Below, in pieces: positions 38,389 through 51,500 of a DNA stretch of 64,000 nucleotides. The position numbers were made by a program, and so were the translations under genes. The stretch comes from Chara braunii (lineage: Eukaryota > Plantae > Charophyceae), in NCBI GenBank assembly GCA_003427395.1, contig BFEA01000016.1:4723242-4787241 (forward strand), written 5' to 3'. Positions within the stretch are counted from its first letter, which is position 1. Every line of letters begins with the position of its first letter. Under the pieces are notes generated by a model that worked only from the letters and a program-made list of their open reading frames with translations, searched no databases and was not told the origin of the DNA.

Positions 38389-39348
38389 GATCTCAGGTCG
38401 GGCGGGAGCACCCGCCCAACTTAAGCATATAACTAAGCGGAGGAAGAGAAACCAACGAGGATTCCCTTGGTAGCGGTGAGCGAACCGGGAATAGCCCAGA
38501 CTGAAAATCCGGGGGCTCTGTTGCTCCCTGAATTGTAGTCTTGAGAGGCAACCTCTGCAGGTTCCCTGGAAGGGGACGCCGAAGAGGGTGACAACCCCGT
38601 CGACCGCCGGACCCTGCTGCGCAACGAGGTGTTGTCCAAGAGTCGGGTTGCTTGGGAATGCAGCCCCAATTGGGTGGTAAGCCCCATCCAAGGCTAAATA
38701 TGTGCGAGGGACCGATAGCGAAGAAGTACCGCGAGGGAAGGATGAAAAGAACTTTGAAAAGAGAGTTAAGGAGTGCTTGAAATTGTCGAGCGAGAAGCGG
38801 ATGGAGGGGAAGTCATGCGCTCCCGTCTGGGCAGGGGTGGACGGCGACTGTGTTGTCGCCCCCCTTGTTGGACGTGGGGTGCCTGCCAGCATGGGCTGCT
38901 GTGACCGGCATTGCGGTGGGGAGCGATTGAAACCCCCCACGGGTGCCCGTCACGGTAGTCGAGGACCTTGAGCACGCGCCTCTTTCGGCGGGCCCGTTCG
39001 GGTTCCTGCGTGTTCGGGATGCTGGCGAAATTCCTCTATCCTGCCCGTCTTGAAACACGGACTGAGGAGTTCAACGTGCATGGGAGCCGGTGGGTGATNC
39101 GGTGGGTGATTAGCCCACGAGGCGGAAGAAACCTGAGTGGCGGGAACCCTCTGTGGGTGCACCGTCTGCCAACCACGATCTGCTGTGAGAGGTTTGAGTG
39201 TGAGCATGCCCGTTGGGACCCGAAAGATGGTGAACTATGCCTGAGCAGGGCGAGGCCAGAGGAAACTCTGGTGGAGGCTCGCACAGCGATACTGACGTGC
39301 AAATCGTTCGTCGGACTTGGGTATAGGGGCGAAAGACTAATCGAACCG

Positions 39349-39383
<35 letters not shown>
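38389..39383 (+). pseudogene. Dispersed 5' fragment (~1 kb, D1-D3 region) of nuclear LSU (26S/28S) rDNA, possibly with the end of ITS2
   Basis: ACCCGC..AACTTAAGCATAT...AAGCGGAGGA; GAGTCGGGTTG; AAGTACCGCGAGGGAAGGATGAAAAGAACTTTGAAAAGAGAGTTAA; CCCGTCTTGAAACACGGAC; GACCCGAAAGATGGTGAACTATGCCTG. Truncated after CCGAAGTTTCCCTCAGG. Confidence 0.95.
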
Positions 39384-39539
39384 CTCGCATGAGCTCTCCA
39401 GCCTCTTTAAAGGTCTTGGCTATGGAGTACTTCATGTGAAAAACACAGGGAAAATGTTCAAACAGCAGCTGCCGCTACCATTCTCCCTTTTCCTCCGTGC
39501 CTCAGGTCAGATGCCATGTCAACCTGTGACGTAGTAATG

Positions 39540-39950
39540 ACCCAGCGCCTCTAGATACCGCGCGTGCGTCAAGCGCCATCCCCCATCTAATTCACAAAAT
39601 CACAGCACCCTCGCACCAGCGCCTCCCTCCCGTCGGCTGCCAGCACCGCGCCACATGTCAGCTAGCATCTTACTAGTCACTCCAAGCGAGCGCCTAGCCA
39701 ACCGCAAGTCACCAGCGCCCCACCACTCACCTGTTGCCAGCGCCTCGCCCCCCGCCAGCAGCCAGCGCCTCGCTGCACTCACACAGCCAGCGCCTCGCCA
39801 CTCGCGAGAAGCCAGCGCCTCGCAACCTGCGAGAAGCCAGCGCCCCGCCACCTCCGACCAGCCTGCGCCTCGCCTGCAAGCAACCATCATGCCACCATCC
39901 GCGTGCCGCGGCGGCCCGCCAGCCATAGCGCTAGCGCTAACGCGCGCCTA
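39540..39950 (+). repeat. Degenerate CCAGCGCCTCGC minisatellite
   Basis: Motif recurs more than 8 times. Confidence 0.7.
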
Positions 39951-41967
39951 CTCCCTGGGAGGAAGCAAACTTGAACTGTATCCATGGTGATATTGGTTCG
40001 TTGAATGTATGCCAATGACGATCCAGGGGTGTGTGGTGGGGAACCCATCTAGTAGGCGGTTCAGGCTTCCTTGAGTTTATAGATTGTGTACTTGGTCTCT
40101 TTTCTGTAATAAGATCTTGAAGCGAAGCTGCTGGGTAAGACTCCCAGATAGATTAGCAGGAGACTTTGGTTATGAATTCTTCAATAGTTCCTGGCTGTTT
40201 TGTTCCGTTTATTTCTGTTGCCGAATTTTCCTTTTTGGTCCAGTGGCAACTTTTTTTTTTGAGATGTTGAGGGATTCCCGGCCTCATTCGATTACTTTTA
40301 TAATATAAGCTGCAACTTAAAAAAAAAAAAAAACACGAACGAAAAAGAACCATGCTGATGCATACGTGAAAATTCCAGACAGGTGAGGAACAAAGACAAA
40401 CAAAATAATATAATGATTGAAGTACATTTTTTAGAAGTCATAACTTTGATTGGCTTTAAGTCCGCCTGATATTCCATGAATGGGCTAAAGTAGACACAGA
40501 GATCCCCCTGAGACCCCCCGAAGAATTCCCTGACCCCTTCCCCCCCTCTTCCAACTGCCTGGTGGGAATGCAGTGGTATGGCATGTAGAAAGGTAACGAG
40601 AAATCAAGGAGCAGCCTACATTCAGCAAGGAAGAGCTCTCCAGAATCGAAGATGGTGGATACTTTTTTTCTCCCATTAAAAGAAAAGAAAAGAAAAGAAA
40701 AGAAAAGAAAGAAAGAAAGAAAGGGCAAAAAAAAGAAACAAAAAGTTGCATGTGGCACCCCTTGGACTCCAAAGCTCTTACCAGCGTACCTCCACTGTCT
40801 TTTTGGGCGCAAAGCTTCCAGCGGTTCCTAACACAGGCATAGTTACCCCATAATGGCCCATAACCTATACTCGCGCAGATTGTGGAAGGCTTATCTCAGT
40901 TTGTTCTTCTGCTCAGCATATGCCGCTGCACTACTCATGGTGTAAGAACTTAAGGAGGCCTCCTTGCCTGCAGGCTGGTTTTCACAAACACAACCTCTGT
41001 GCACACTATAGGAGCCTCTCAAAGTTTCCTAAAGATAAATGGCCCACCACACATTCGGCTGGACGAAGCATTTCGTGCCTGCCTTCGGTTGGGTAAGGGG
41101 TAGCTAGCTAATCCACTTTAATCCCAACTAAAGATTCCGAACCTATATAAAAGTCGATATTTCAGTGAGGATTCTGAGGAAGCCATATTCTCTCTCTAAT
41201 AGTCCAACACATGTGTGGTACACCATGTTGAATTCAAAGCTGGAAACCTCCAGGCCTCCCTCCTAACCTCCTCCAAGTCAGGTACTCTTCTGTCACAACA
41301 ACATTGGAAAGGAATGCAAACGCCGATCCACACAAAGGAGGAGAGGGGGAGGAGGGGGGGGGAGGGTTGAGAGGGAAGAAGAGGGAGACGGCGGTGGTGG
41401 GCAGGGAGGGAGTAGAGAGGGTTCCACTACACCATCCTGGAGTATAAATACATCCTTGATTAAACCAATGTATTACTAACAAACCCTTGCCGCTCTAGGC
41501 AGAGAGTTGACTTGGCAGCGGCCCACAGAAGACCGACCAGAGCAGACTTTGTGTGATCATACACACAGGTGATCTGAAAGAAGCCACATTCTATGCGCTG
41601 TTGCGTGCTGCATGCTTGTTCTGACTAGCAAGCTGGTGCTGGATGGTCAATGTCCTTCACAAACTGCCGTGCCATGCCATGCCATGCCATTGCCTGCTTT
41701 CAACCAGAGCAACCAATGACACAGAGGACAGGACGTTGCCCAGATAGACGGTTCTGGTCAGTGGCAGACAGGAAAGGGCAGGTCGAAAGAATCCGAACCT
41801 ATTCACACTATGGACTTCTTCGGATGTGTCTGATTGCGATTACGACTAATAGACTATGTCGAGAAAGTAGTCCCAGGCCTTCCACAAATAAATCTGACGG
41901 CAAGAATTACGTCAAGAAAGTCCAGGCGTTGCAAGTATGACCTCACTGGATTGATTGGCTAAGAGGA

Positions 41968-42196
41968 AAGGATAGGATAGGATAGGATAGGATAGGATAG
42001 GATAGGATAGGATAGGATAGGATAGGATAGGAAAGGGAAGGAACGGAAAGAAAAGGATAGGGTAGGAAAGCAAAGGATAGGGTAGGATAGGAAAGGAAAG
42101 GATAGGATAGGCAAGGCAGGGAAAGGATAGGATAGGCAAGGAAAGGATAGGAAAGGATAGGATAGGAAAGGAAGGAAAGGGTAGGATAGGATAGGA
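41968..42196 (+). repeat. (GGATA)n/(GGAAA)n pentanucleotide satellite
   Basis: Seen directly. Confidence 0.95.
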
Positions 42197-45100
42197 CAGA
42201 AGAGCCAAATGTGGACGAGAATGGACCCCAATCGGAAGGGATTCTAAGAGGCTGCAATTGAAGTGGGTGTGCATGCGTGTGTTCGAAACGCTCCGTAAGG
42301 ACGTTGCTGACAATTAAGTGACTACACTCGTCATACCTCTTCTGGTTTACAGGAGGATGGCATTAAGTATTCCTGGTCCTCAACCGGATTCATGGAAAGG
42401 ATGCACAGTAGAAGTGGCAGAAAGAAGAAGCAACCCATGAACACAATGACACCAAGATCTGCTTCTTCTCCGACCGGGGGAAAGGAATCCATCAGCCAGT
42501 AGAGCCGTCGAACACACCATAGGCAGTACAGAGCAGCAATTGTTAATATCAGCGCCAGGGATGCCGGCGCTCTCTTCTCTGGCGCCTTTGAACGCTTGGA
42601 CCTGCAGAACAGCCCAGCCAGTCAAAGGATCCCCATAGATAATTACTCAAAAAATATCAAACACTCTATCAATATTCAAATAACATCATCTTTTTTCCCT
42701 CCCTTTCTGCACACACATACACACATAAGGAAATTGAGCAATAGCGAACTGACAGAATTCCAAATTGCAACATCACATTGACAGACAGACAGTCGCGAGC
42801 TGTCCAGAAAGCAGAAATGCACCAATATCACACCAAAGGAGAACCAAAGCAACGAACTCAATTGTCCATGAAAGCCCTCTCTCGCCACCATCAACAACGT
42901 ATCTGAAGTCTTTCGTCCCTACTGGTGCTCAGCACCCAGACTCGGATTGCACAGCTCCTATACTAGCCTACTCTAACGACAAAAGCAACCAGATGACATC
43001 AGCAGCAGCAACCACAGTACATGCGGATGTTGCCCATGCAGACCACCGTGACGACCAGGTACGTGCCCTCTCGTCTTATCCCTCACTTGCCCACTTGCCC
43101 TCTCAATGCTCATCCCGTCTTCCACCCACACCACCATACCCTGCTGACCTCCTTGCACCCAAGCCCGGCTATGGCTGGCTTGGCACAGCGCTGCACAAGC
43201 AGCACTCCTCCCTCTAGCGCCTGTGTGCGCCCTGCTCTCACTGCCAGCGGCCTCGAGCACTCGCACTAGCAGCGTTGCCGCATGTGAAGTGAGTGCCCAA
43301 ACGCCTCACCTGTTGCCAGGCACTTTCCTATATGGAAAGTGGCCTGGCCTGAAGCCCGCCTGGCTGGGATGCTCGTGTGCCCAGTAGCTTCATGTTGGGT
43401 CAAACTGTCTGTCTGCACCCAGGCCCGATTCAGACAGTGGCCTGGGACCGAAACAGTCAAGGGCTCCCAGCTATCACACGTGGCATGAGTTGTTTCCGGC
43501 GTTGTGATAGGCAGAAAGGCCTGCTTCCACGTCAAGCCCAGAAGAGCCGAGATGGGCGCATGTAACCAACTTGCCGGAAGATTCACATGTTTGCGAGCAG
43601 GGCGCATGTAACCAACTTGCGGGAGGTAACTGTCTGGTGCCCACCAGGCCACACCGAAAAAAGAAGGCCCGCATTCACTTGGGGCGGGCACAAGGCTTGC
43701 AGCAGGGCCCCATCAAGGCCTGCCGAGGACAATGTTGCTCGCATATTGTATATATCCCGTGTACAAAAAAAAAAAAAAAACCAGCATTGCTTTCATTTTA
43801 AACTACTGCGTTTCTTTGTGTATATTGTCATCATTTATTTACACATGCAGTTCCTGATGTGTGTACATTGATTGCCACCATTAACACAGGGTTGAATTGC
43901 ATTTTGGAGGTTGTTGTTGTTGTTGTTGTTGTGGCTTCCAGAAGGTACAAGGTGATGTGGGTGGACTTAGGTGTCTGTAACTTCGGGGCCTGGTTACCGT
44001 GGCATGCATGGACAGCCACATGGGCCCTAGAGGCCCAACACAGGATCTGCCCGGCCCTTAAAAAAAAAAAAAAAAAAGCGTGCTACGCGGGGTGATATGA
44101 GCACCACTGCCTAGTAGCCTGTCGCCAGATGCTCCAATCTAGTGGTGGGGAGCCGCACCTGCTGAAACCGGGTCCAGCGTCCCATGCATCATACAAAAGA
44201 AGACTGAATCTTGCTCTCATAGACCCCAACAGGCACCTTCCTTGTGGGATGATCTTATTTGGGGATGGGATTGGCCGGGAGTGCCTTACCCAGCCCGGTT
44301 CGGCTGCGGCATTCATGTGAGGGACGCCGGGCCGGTTTCCCGGTTTTATAATGGAAATGCGAGGATCAGGGTCCTCGGTAGGCCTATGGGCCCCTGTCTG
44401 CAGCCTTACCCGCCCTAAGTGCAGGCGGAGGTGCCCGCCCTAAGTAAAGGCGGGCCTGGCTTTTTGCAAAAGGCCTTCGACTGTCAATTTCATATTTGGG
44501 GTTCAGGCAGTTGCGACGCGCCAGTTGGTTGAAAGAAACACAGGCCGAGCAACCCAGGCATTTCCATGGCCCTCCGGGCTTTTCCAAAGAATGCAGGCCC
44601 TGGGCGTGAATCGCAGCCTCATACAGAGACAGTTGGGCGCCCAACCGAACGAGGCCCAGCAGCCCAGTAGCTGCTGCATCCAAGCAGCCTCCCGGGGCCT
44701 TCCGGAAGCTTCTGGGCCCAGGCCAGCCCATTCAGGCTGTGAAAGCAGCCAGCTCTTTCCATAAAGGAAAGAGCTCTGGCCAGGCCAGGGCATTCAGGCA
44801 CTCGCATGCTGGGTGGCAGCGCTGCTGGAGCTTATGCTCGTAGGCTGCTGCTAGCGCTGAGAGGCGAGGTGCAGCACGTGCGGTCGTGCAGAGGAGGAGG
44901 GCGCTGCTGAGGGCAGCGCCATAGCCCAGCCACCATAGCTGGTGGGCTTGGACTACAGTGAAGCGCAGGGGTGGTCTTCGGGTGACAGAGAGGACAGGTG
45001 TGGGTGAAGTCAGGGGATAGGTGAAGGATGATGATGATGATGGTGATGTGAGGGCACGTACCTTGTATTGGCGATGGTCTGCATGGGTGGCATCTTCAAG

Positions 45101-45606
45101 TACTTGGGGCTGCTGCTGATGTCAACAGTTGCATTGTCTTTTTGTAGTCTGTAGTAGCTGTGTAGGAATAGGCTGGGCGCTGAGCGCCAAGTGTGAGTGT
45201 AAGGGAACTGGACTCTTTTGTTGAGAGGAGAGAGTGAGCTCTCCACAGACATTGGTTTTCAGTGCTACGAAACTCCATTGGTGTATTATTGGTGCAACGC
45301 TGCTATCTGTACACGGTGTGACTATTTGGCTTGCAATGTGATGGTGTGATCTGGGATTGTCATCTCGCTGTTGCTTATTTTCCTTGCAGAAAGTAGTTTT
45401 CTTATAAAAAAAAAAAAAAAAAAAAACTGACTCCTGCTGGAAAGCAGGTCGGCCATACCGTCTTTCACCTGAAAATACCGCTTGGGCATTGTATATGAGC
45501 ATAACGCCCAGCAGAAGTTATATTAGTCTATATTCGTTTATAACGCTCGGGCATTATATTCAGTAAATTGGAAGCAACTTTGGTGAGGACCGCAGATTAA
45601 AAATGA

Positions 45607-45649
<43 letters not shown>

Positions 45650-45668
45650 GTAATAAAATTACTAAAAT

Positions 45669-45890
45669 TGCAATCAGACTTGTCTTCTTCTCGCTCAGCA
45701 TGCATGTAAATAGATGACAATCAAACTTGGCCAAAGGCGCCCACACAAAGCTCAGAGATAACACGTAACCAGGAACGCAGCCCAGAATCAAACTTGTCTG
45801 AATGGCCTTGGCACAGGGTGCCAGACAACAATTCCCACCCGACCTACTTGTTCACACGCACGCATGTACACTGGATCTCCCTGGATGTCC

Positions 45891-45972
<82 letters not shown>

Positions 45973-46311
45973 CTAGCCTACTGGGCAGCTATCGCTGCCA
46001 TCTAACTCTCTACCTAACTCACGGCTATGGCCGCGTCTTCCTCCTCTTAGCCCTCTTCCTCTCCGGGCACCTGCAGACCTCCGTAGCACAAGACAAAGAG
46101 ACAGCGCTTCCGCACAGCTCACAGCCATAACGAATGAATGCGTGGACACTGCCTCCTTATTTGTACTTCGGATTGTCATAGGTCTGCCCTTGGACCCTGG
46201 GCCCGGGGTGCTTACAGTCCCCCATGGTACTTGCTGACTGGACAAAGTGCGACCTGGGACTAGGTACCGCTGACTAGGCTAGGTAGGACTTAGGACTGCC
46301 CTCTGCTGACT
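45669..46311 (-). repeat. 3' LTR-containing direct repeat, with (CA)n inside
   Basis: Highly similar to 52915-53548. On minus, a PPT-like GGGGGAC is followed by TGTAAG at 46216. Confidence 0.85.
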
Positions 46312-46338
46312 GTGCTTGGACTGCCCTCCAAGAATACT

Positions 46339-47975
46339 TTAGTGTAAGACAGGACCTTTACCTTTCCTTTCTCTGTCATCGGTGTGGACTACGTTGGGAG
46401 CGGTCTCTAAAAGTTCGGTTCTTGTGAACCAGCGGTCGTCCTCCGGTTCCTGATAAGCGAACCTGACTTTGCACTGCTTGTGTGGACGACCTCTACCTCC
46501 GGTCCGGAATACATCCTCTTCCACAATGCGATCTATATCATATTTGCCATCCATATCAGGCGGAATCATCGATCGACGCGGCGGAAATTGCTGACTGGTG
46601 ACACAAGGTAACAACTTGGATGCATGGAAGACTGGGTATGTGTGGAGGCGTGGCGGAATCTCTACTGTGTAGGAAGGTCCGTCCTCTCCGCCTTTTACTT
46701 CAAGGACAGGCCACGGTCCCCTATACGTGGGCAACAACTTTTGTGAGATGTTCTCTTCTGGGGCGAACTCCTTGGACTTGACCTAGACTAAGTCACCTAC
46801 CTAGAATTGCGATGGCCGACGATGCTTGTTAGCTTGCTCAATCATTCTGTGTTGAGCCTTTCTTAGATTGTCGGTCACTCTTGCGATCTCTCTCTCATGC
46901 TGTAGGGCAAACTCCCTAGTTCCGGGTGGCAGTCGCTGTACCTGGTCACGGTTTAGTCCTTCAAACGGCCTGCGTGGTCTAAAGGACTTGTGTAACTCAT
47001 TACGCGTTCGACATGTAGCTAGATGGACACTGTTGCTGTAGGCGCTAGCTACCTTAGGGAGCATCTCATCCCAGTTAATCTGATCCAGTCTAATGCACAT
47101 CCTGAGTATCTGTTGCAGGATCTTATCCATCTGTTCAGTCTGTCCGTTAGTCTCTGGATGACGGCCAGATGACATCAATAACTTTGAGCCATAGACTCGC
47201 ATAAGCTCCTGCCAATGCTGGCTAGTAAACCACGTATCCCTATCGCTAACTATGGATAGCGGAATGCCATGCTCACTAACCTAGGAATCGAAAAACTTCT
47301 CTATCACTAGCTCAATACGTGCCTCCGAGGGCAAAGGAATGAAAACTACATACTTGCTAAAGCGATCACCTATAACCATGACTTGGCTCTTGCCATGCTT
47401 ACTCCTAACCCCTGCGTCCATAAAGTCAATAGACACAAACTCTCTGGGTCCTGAAGGGATAGGTTGGAGAAGACCCAATGGGGTCGCGTCGTAATTTTGT
47501 TGCGTTGGCACACTTTACAACTGTGTATGTATTCTATACAGTCAACTTTCATGTCAGGCCAAGTGTAAGCACGTGTCAGGTTGGCTAATGTCTTTTGCCA
47601 GCCGAAGTGCCCTTTTGTGTCATGGCATTCCCCTAAGATCAAACTCCGGATCTCCTCATTGTTGGGAATGCATAGCCTGTCTACGACGTCTGTCTTCTCA
47701 AACAATAATCCGTTCGTGGTGCGATAGTCAGGTTCACTCTCTAGAGCCTCCTTTACTCTCTTAAGGAGATCACTACAGATAGGGTCCTGAGCATACGAAT
47801 CTTTAACCTTTTGCTGCAAATCGGATCCTTTGTCCAAATAGTGAACGATCACCCCAAAGTAATCAGCCCTTCTACTGAGATCGTCTGCAACTACGTTGTA
47901 CTTTCCTTTAACGGGTTTGAGCTCAAAGTCTAACTGGTCTATCTCTGCGGCCCACATAGTAAGCTTAGGTGTCAT
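46339..47975 (-). pseudogene. Integrase and chromodomain (plus RNase H C-terminus) of the Gypsy element, frameshifted
   Basis: CHDTKGHFGWQKT..CKVCQ; YRGPWPV; YPVFHASKL; YDIDRIV...KVRF...DDRW. Confidence 0.9.
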
Positions 47976-48227
47976 CTTGGCCTGTGTCTTCAGCCACCTG
48001 AGTGTCTAGTGGTTTGAATAGACTTTGAAGTGTCTCCCAAGCAAGTAGTGTCTCCAATGATCTAGAGCTTGCCTGAGAGTGTAGAGTTCTCTCTCGTATG
48101 TGGAGGCTGCTACCTTCTTTGAAGGCAATCTAGTAGACATAAACTCTACGGGTCTATACCCATTGCCATCATCTTGCTGTAAAACAACACCAATACCATA
48201 CTGCCTCGCATCAGTGGTGACAACAAC

Positions 48228-48597
48228 TTTTTGTTTTGTTATGTTTCTTCTGATTTCTCTATTTATAGCGTTTTTACAAATTCAAATAATCAATTACCAT
48301 TGTTTTATAAAGTTTCTGGAACTTGGTCGAATCATGAAGGTAGTCTCTTATTATGGTGTTGGATCCTGAGTCTTTATGGTTTTGTCTTTTGTTTTCGAAC
48401 TCGCAACGAAGTTGCCTTGACTGGTGCCCCTCTTATGATTCACAAATGGATTGCTTTATTTTTCTCTGTTTTTTTATGTTTAACCTCCAATCCTTTTCTT
48501 CGAATTTCCTTTTTAAGCACTGATTCGGGAAAAGAATTCAACCCTGTACTACAAGACCCCGTATTGGCTATACATCCTCCTTGTATTTATGCAGGAA
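48228..48597 (+). pseudogene. ccmFN: Mitochondrial ccmFN fragment (NUMT) inserted in Gypsy pol
   Basis: [39 protein letters not shown] and [21 protein letters not shown]-rich, antisense to pol, and splits DPSL|VVTTDA. Confidence 0.93.
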
Positions 48598-51500
48598 CGT
48601 AAGGATGGATCAGCTACCTTGAGGACTGGGTAGTTTATCAAGGCCCGTTTCAACTTCTTTAGGGCCGATGTGCAGTCCAGGTCCCACTTCCAGATTGCTT
48701 CTTGCTTTAGCAGTCTGCGAAGGGGAGCAGTGATAGCAGAGAAGTTTCTAACGAACTTCCTGTAGTAATTAGCCAATCCTAGGAACGATCTCAACTATGT
48801 GAGTGTACGAGGAGTTGGCCAATCTCTAATCGTTGCGATCTTGTTGTCCTCAGGTTTTATGCCATCACCATCTAGTGCGTGGCCCAAGTACAGGATTTCG
48901 ATCTTGGCCCACTCACACTTCTTTGCGTTGATCTTGAAATTTGCCTCTCGCAACTTTTCCAAGATCTACCTCAGATGAGCCTCATGTTCCTGGAGGGTCT
49001 TACTAAAAACTAAGATATCGTCTAAATATACGACTACAAACCTGTCTAGCCACGACCTAAACAAATCGTTCATACAACACTGGAAAGTGGTCAGTGCATT
49101 GGTTAGTCCAAAGGGCATCACTATGAACTCGTAATGCCCATACCTGGTCCTGAACGCGGTCTTGTACTAATCTTCAGGGTGAACCTCAATCCGATGGTAC
49201 CCTGACTTTAAATCTATCTTTGTGAAGTACTTGCAGCCCTACACCCCATCAAGCAAATCATTTATTTGGGCCAATGGTTCTGCATTCTTGATCATGACTG
49301 CGTTCAGACCCCTATAGTCAATACATATCTTCAACTCTCCCTCCTTCTTGGGGACAAAGTGAACAGGCGCTCCAAATGGAGACGAACTGGGCCTAATCCA
49401 ACCCTTCTCAAGGAGCTCGTCTAACTGCTTGCGCATCTCCTCTAACTCCTTAGGAGACATTCTATAGACTGCTCCCTTGGGAGTTCTACTGCCAAGCTCT
49501 ATCTCAATGCGATGTTGGATAAGACGTTGAACTACTCCCGAAGGAGGTTCTGACAAATCTCCGTACTCTTCCAACAACTTGGTAATTATAGGGTTTGTCA
49601 CTTCCTCTTTCTTAGGCTCAGTGACTGGCTGAACATAGGCTACAAGGACCCGCTCTTCTAACTGCTGCTTCTTGACTAATCGCGCAAACGTAAGAGCACT
49701 AAGACAACAATGTGCTAAGGAGTTGTCTACTCCTGACACATGAAATAGGTGGGCTTCCTTGACACCACCTGATGGACTAGGAAGCCTACACTCATGCTCA
49801 TGCAAATGCAGTGTGGCCCCTGCTGCCTCTCTCCAATTCATACCCAACACTCTCGAAAAGGAGATTGTCTTCAATGAGGAGAGTCAGGGAATGAAGAACT
49901 CTCTCTACCTTCCCATCTGCTTCTAGGCGAAAATACGCCTGGACTCCCTCGACATAATCCTCGACCGCATCGTGCGATTGTCAGCGAGGATACTGACTAT
50001 AGGTTCTTTTATCTTTTGGACTTTCAAGCTAAGCTTCAACTTCTTCAGCGCTTTGCAGCTAATGTAGCTACGTGTGGCCCCACTGTCTATAAGGGCCCCT
50101 ACTCTGCTCTAAAGACCTCTACATCTGCTAACAACAGCCGCCCTTTTCCTTCTCTCTTCATCTTGGCCCAAACCGACATTCTCTCCTTCAACTCTTCTGC
50201 CAAGCCTGTGAGGGAAGCACCTAGAGAGACTCTAACACAAACAGTCTCTGGAAAGTTAACTAGACGCTGACCAGCAACCTCTGCCTAGACACACATGGAG
50301 TGAGAGTTTCTATTTGGCGCGAGCACTCATCTCCACTTGGCCTCGAGGTAAGGGCAGTTGCTACCCCTACCAGCGGTTGCTTTTTGTTGCCTCAGCAACA
50401 TCTCGTCGGACACTCCTATACCTTGGGCAAAATTTGATGATGTGCCCAGGGTCACTGCAGAAGACGCATTGAAACCCATCTATCCTCTTCTGCCAGTTTG
50501 TCTGCTCAATACCCAACGTTTCCCAGGGTTGGGCCTTAGGCCGACGAGGGTGCCAACCACCCGTTCTGGGAGGTGACCAATTTGAACGAGGGCTGTTTGA
50601 CGGGGGACCTTGACCACTACCTCCCGCTTGGCGGTTTCCTCTGCCGCCCAACCCTCGACCACCAAAGGCTTGGCCATGTTGGCCTTGGCCCCTTCCTCCT
50701 CCTTGCGGCCTCCCTCTGGCCGCGACAGCAGCATAGGTACTCCCCTGGCCTACGCTGCTGTCTGACTCATCCTGGCCCCACTCTATCTCACTGTATGGGA
50801 CCTCTTCCAGACCACCTTCTTCTAAAGTGAGTATAAGACTATCCTTAGCCTTTACTTGGCTGGTGATGGTTTGTCCTTTCCAATTTTTGCCCTTGGCAGA
50901 AAGTGGTAACTGGCACGGATTGGGCCTCAAAAGCAACAACCTCTCTACTTAACGTGTCATACGTCATGTTAGGTTGTTGCTTACGTGTGAAGAAGTGCCC
51001 GTGCAGAGCTTCGGGCATGGCACGATAAAACAATTGGACAAGTTGGGTCTCAACGACCCCATGTCCAGGGACAGTGACGAGTTCATCCATGGCGGCCTTG
51101 AGTGCGTTTGCACTCCTCCACTGTTGTGTGTGGATTGTCTGCAATTTGTCAGACGCCCTAAGACATCTAGTAACGTCTGCAAATCGTTTACGGAGGGTGA
51201 ACAAAAACTCACTTAAGTTACTGATGGAAGAGTATGTGACCATATCATTGTCACATTTGGCAGTGTGTGCAAGCGACCTAGCAAAGCTGGCCGCTCTTTC
51301 CTTCATTGCTTGAAAAGCCACGAGAACATGGTTCTCAGGCGTGATATTTTGTAGGTGTAGGTAGGAATTGATATTGGCTTCCCAATTATCAAAGTCCTCT
51401 CCCGTCTTCCTGCCATAGGGTTCAGGGAATTTGATGTTGACGCGGTCGCGGTGTGGCCTTGCCTCCTCTTCCTTAAGGGCTGCTATCTTAGCGTGTTCTA

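Noticed and set aside
38433-39534. ORFs overlapping the rDNA fragment
   Set aside because: These are typical spurious rDNA sense and antisense ORFs.
40760-41260. Possible decayed LINE C-terminal remnant on minus
   Set aside because: Only vague Trp/Cys motifs with many stops; not supportable.
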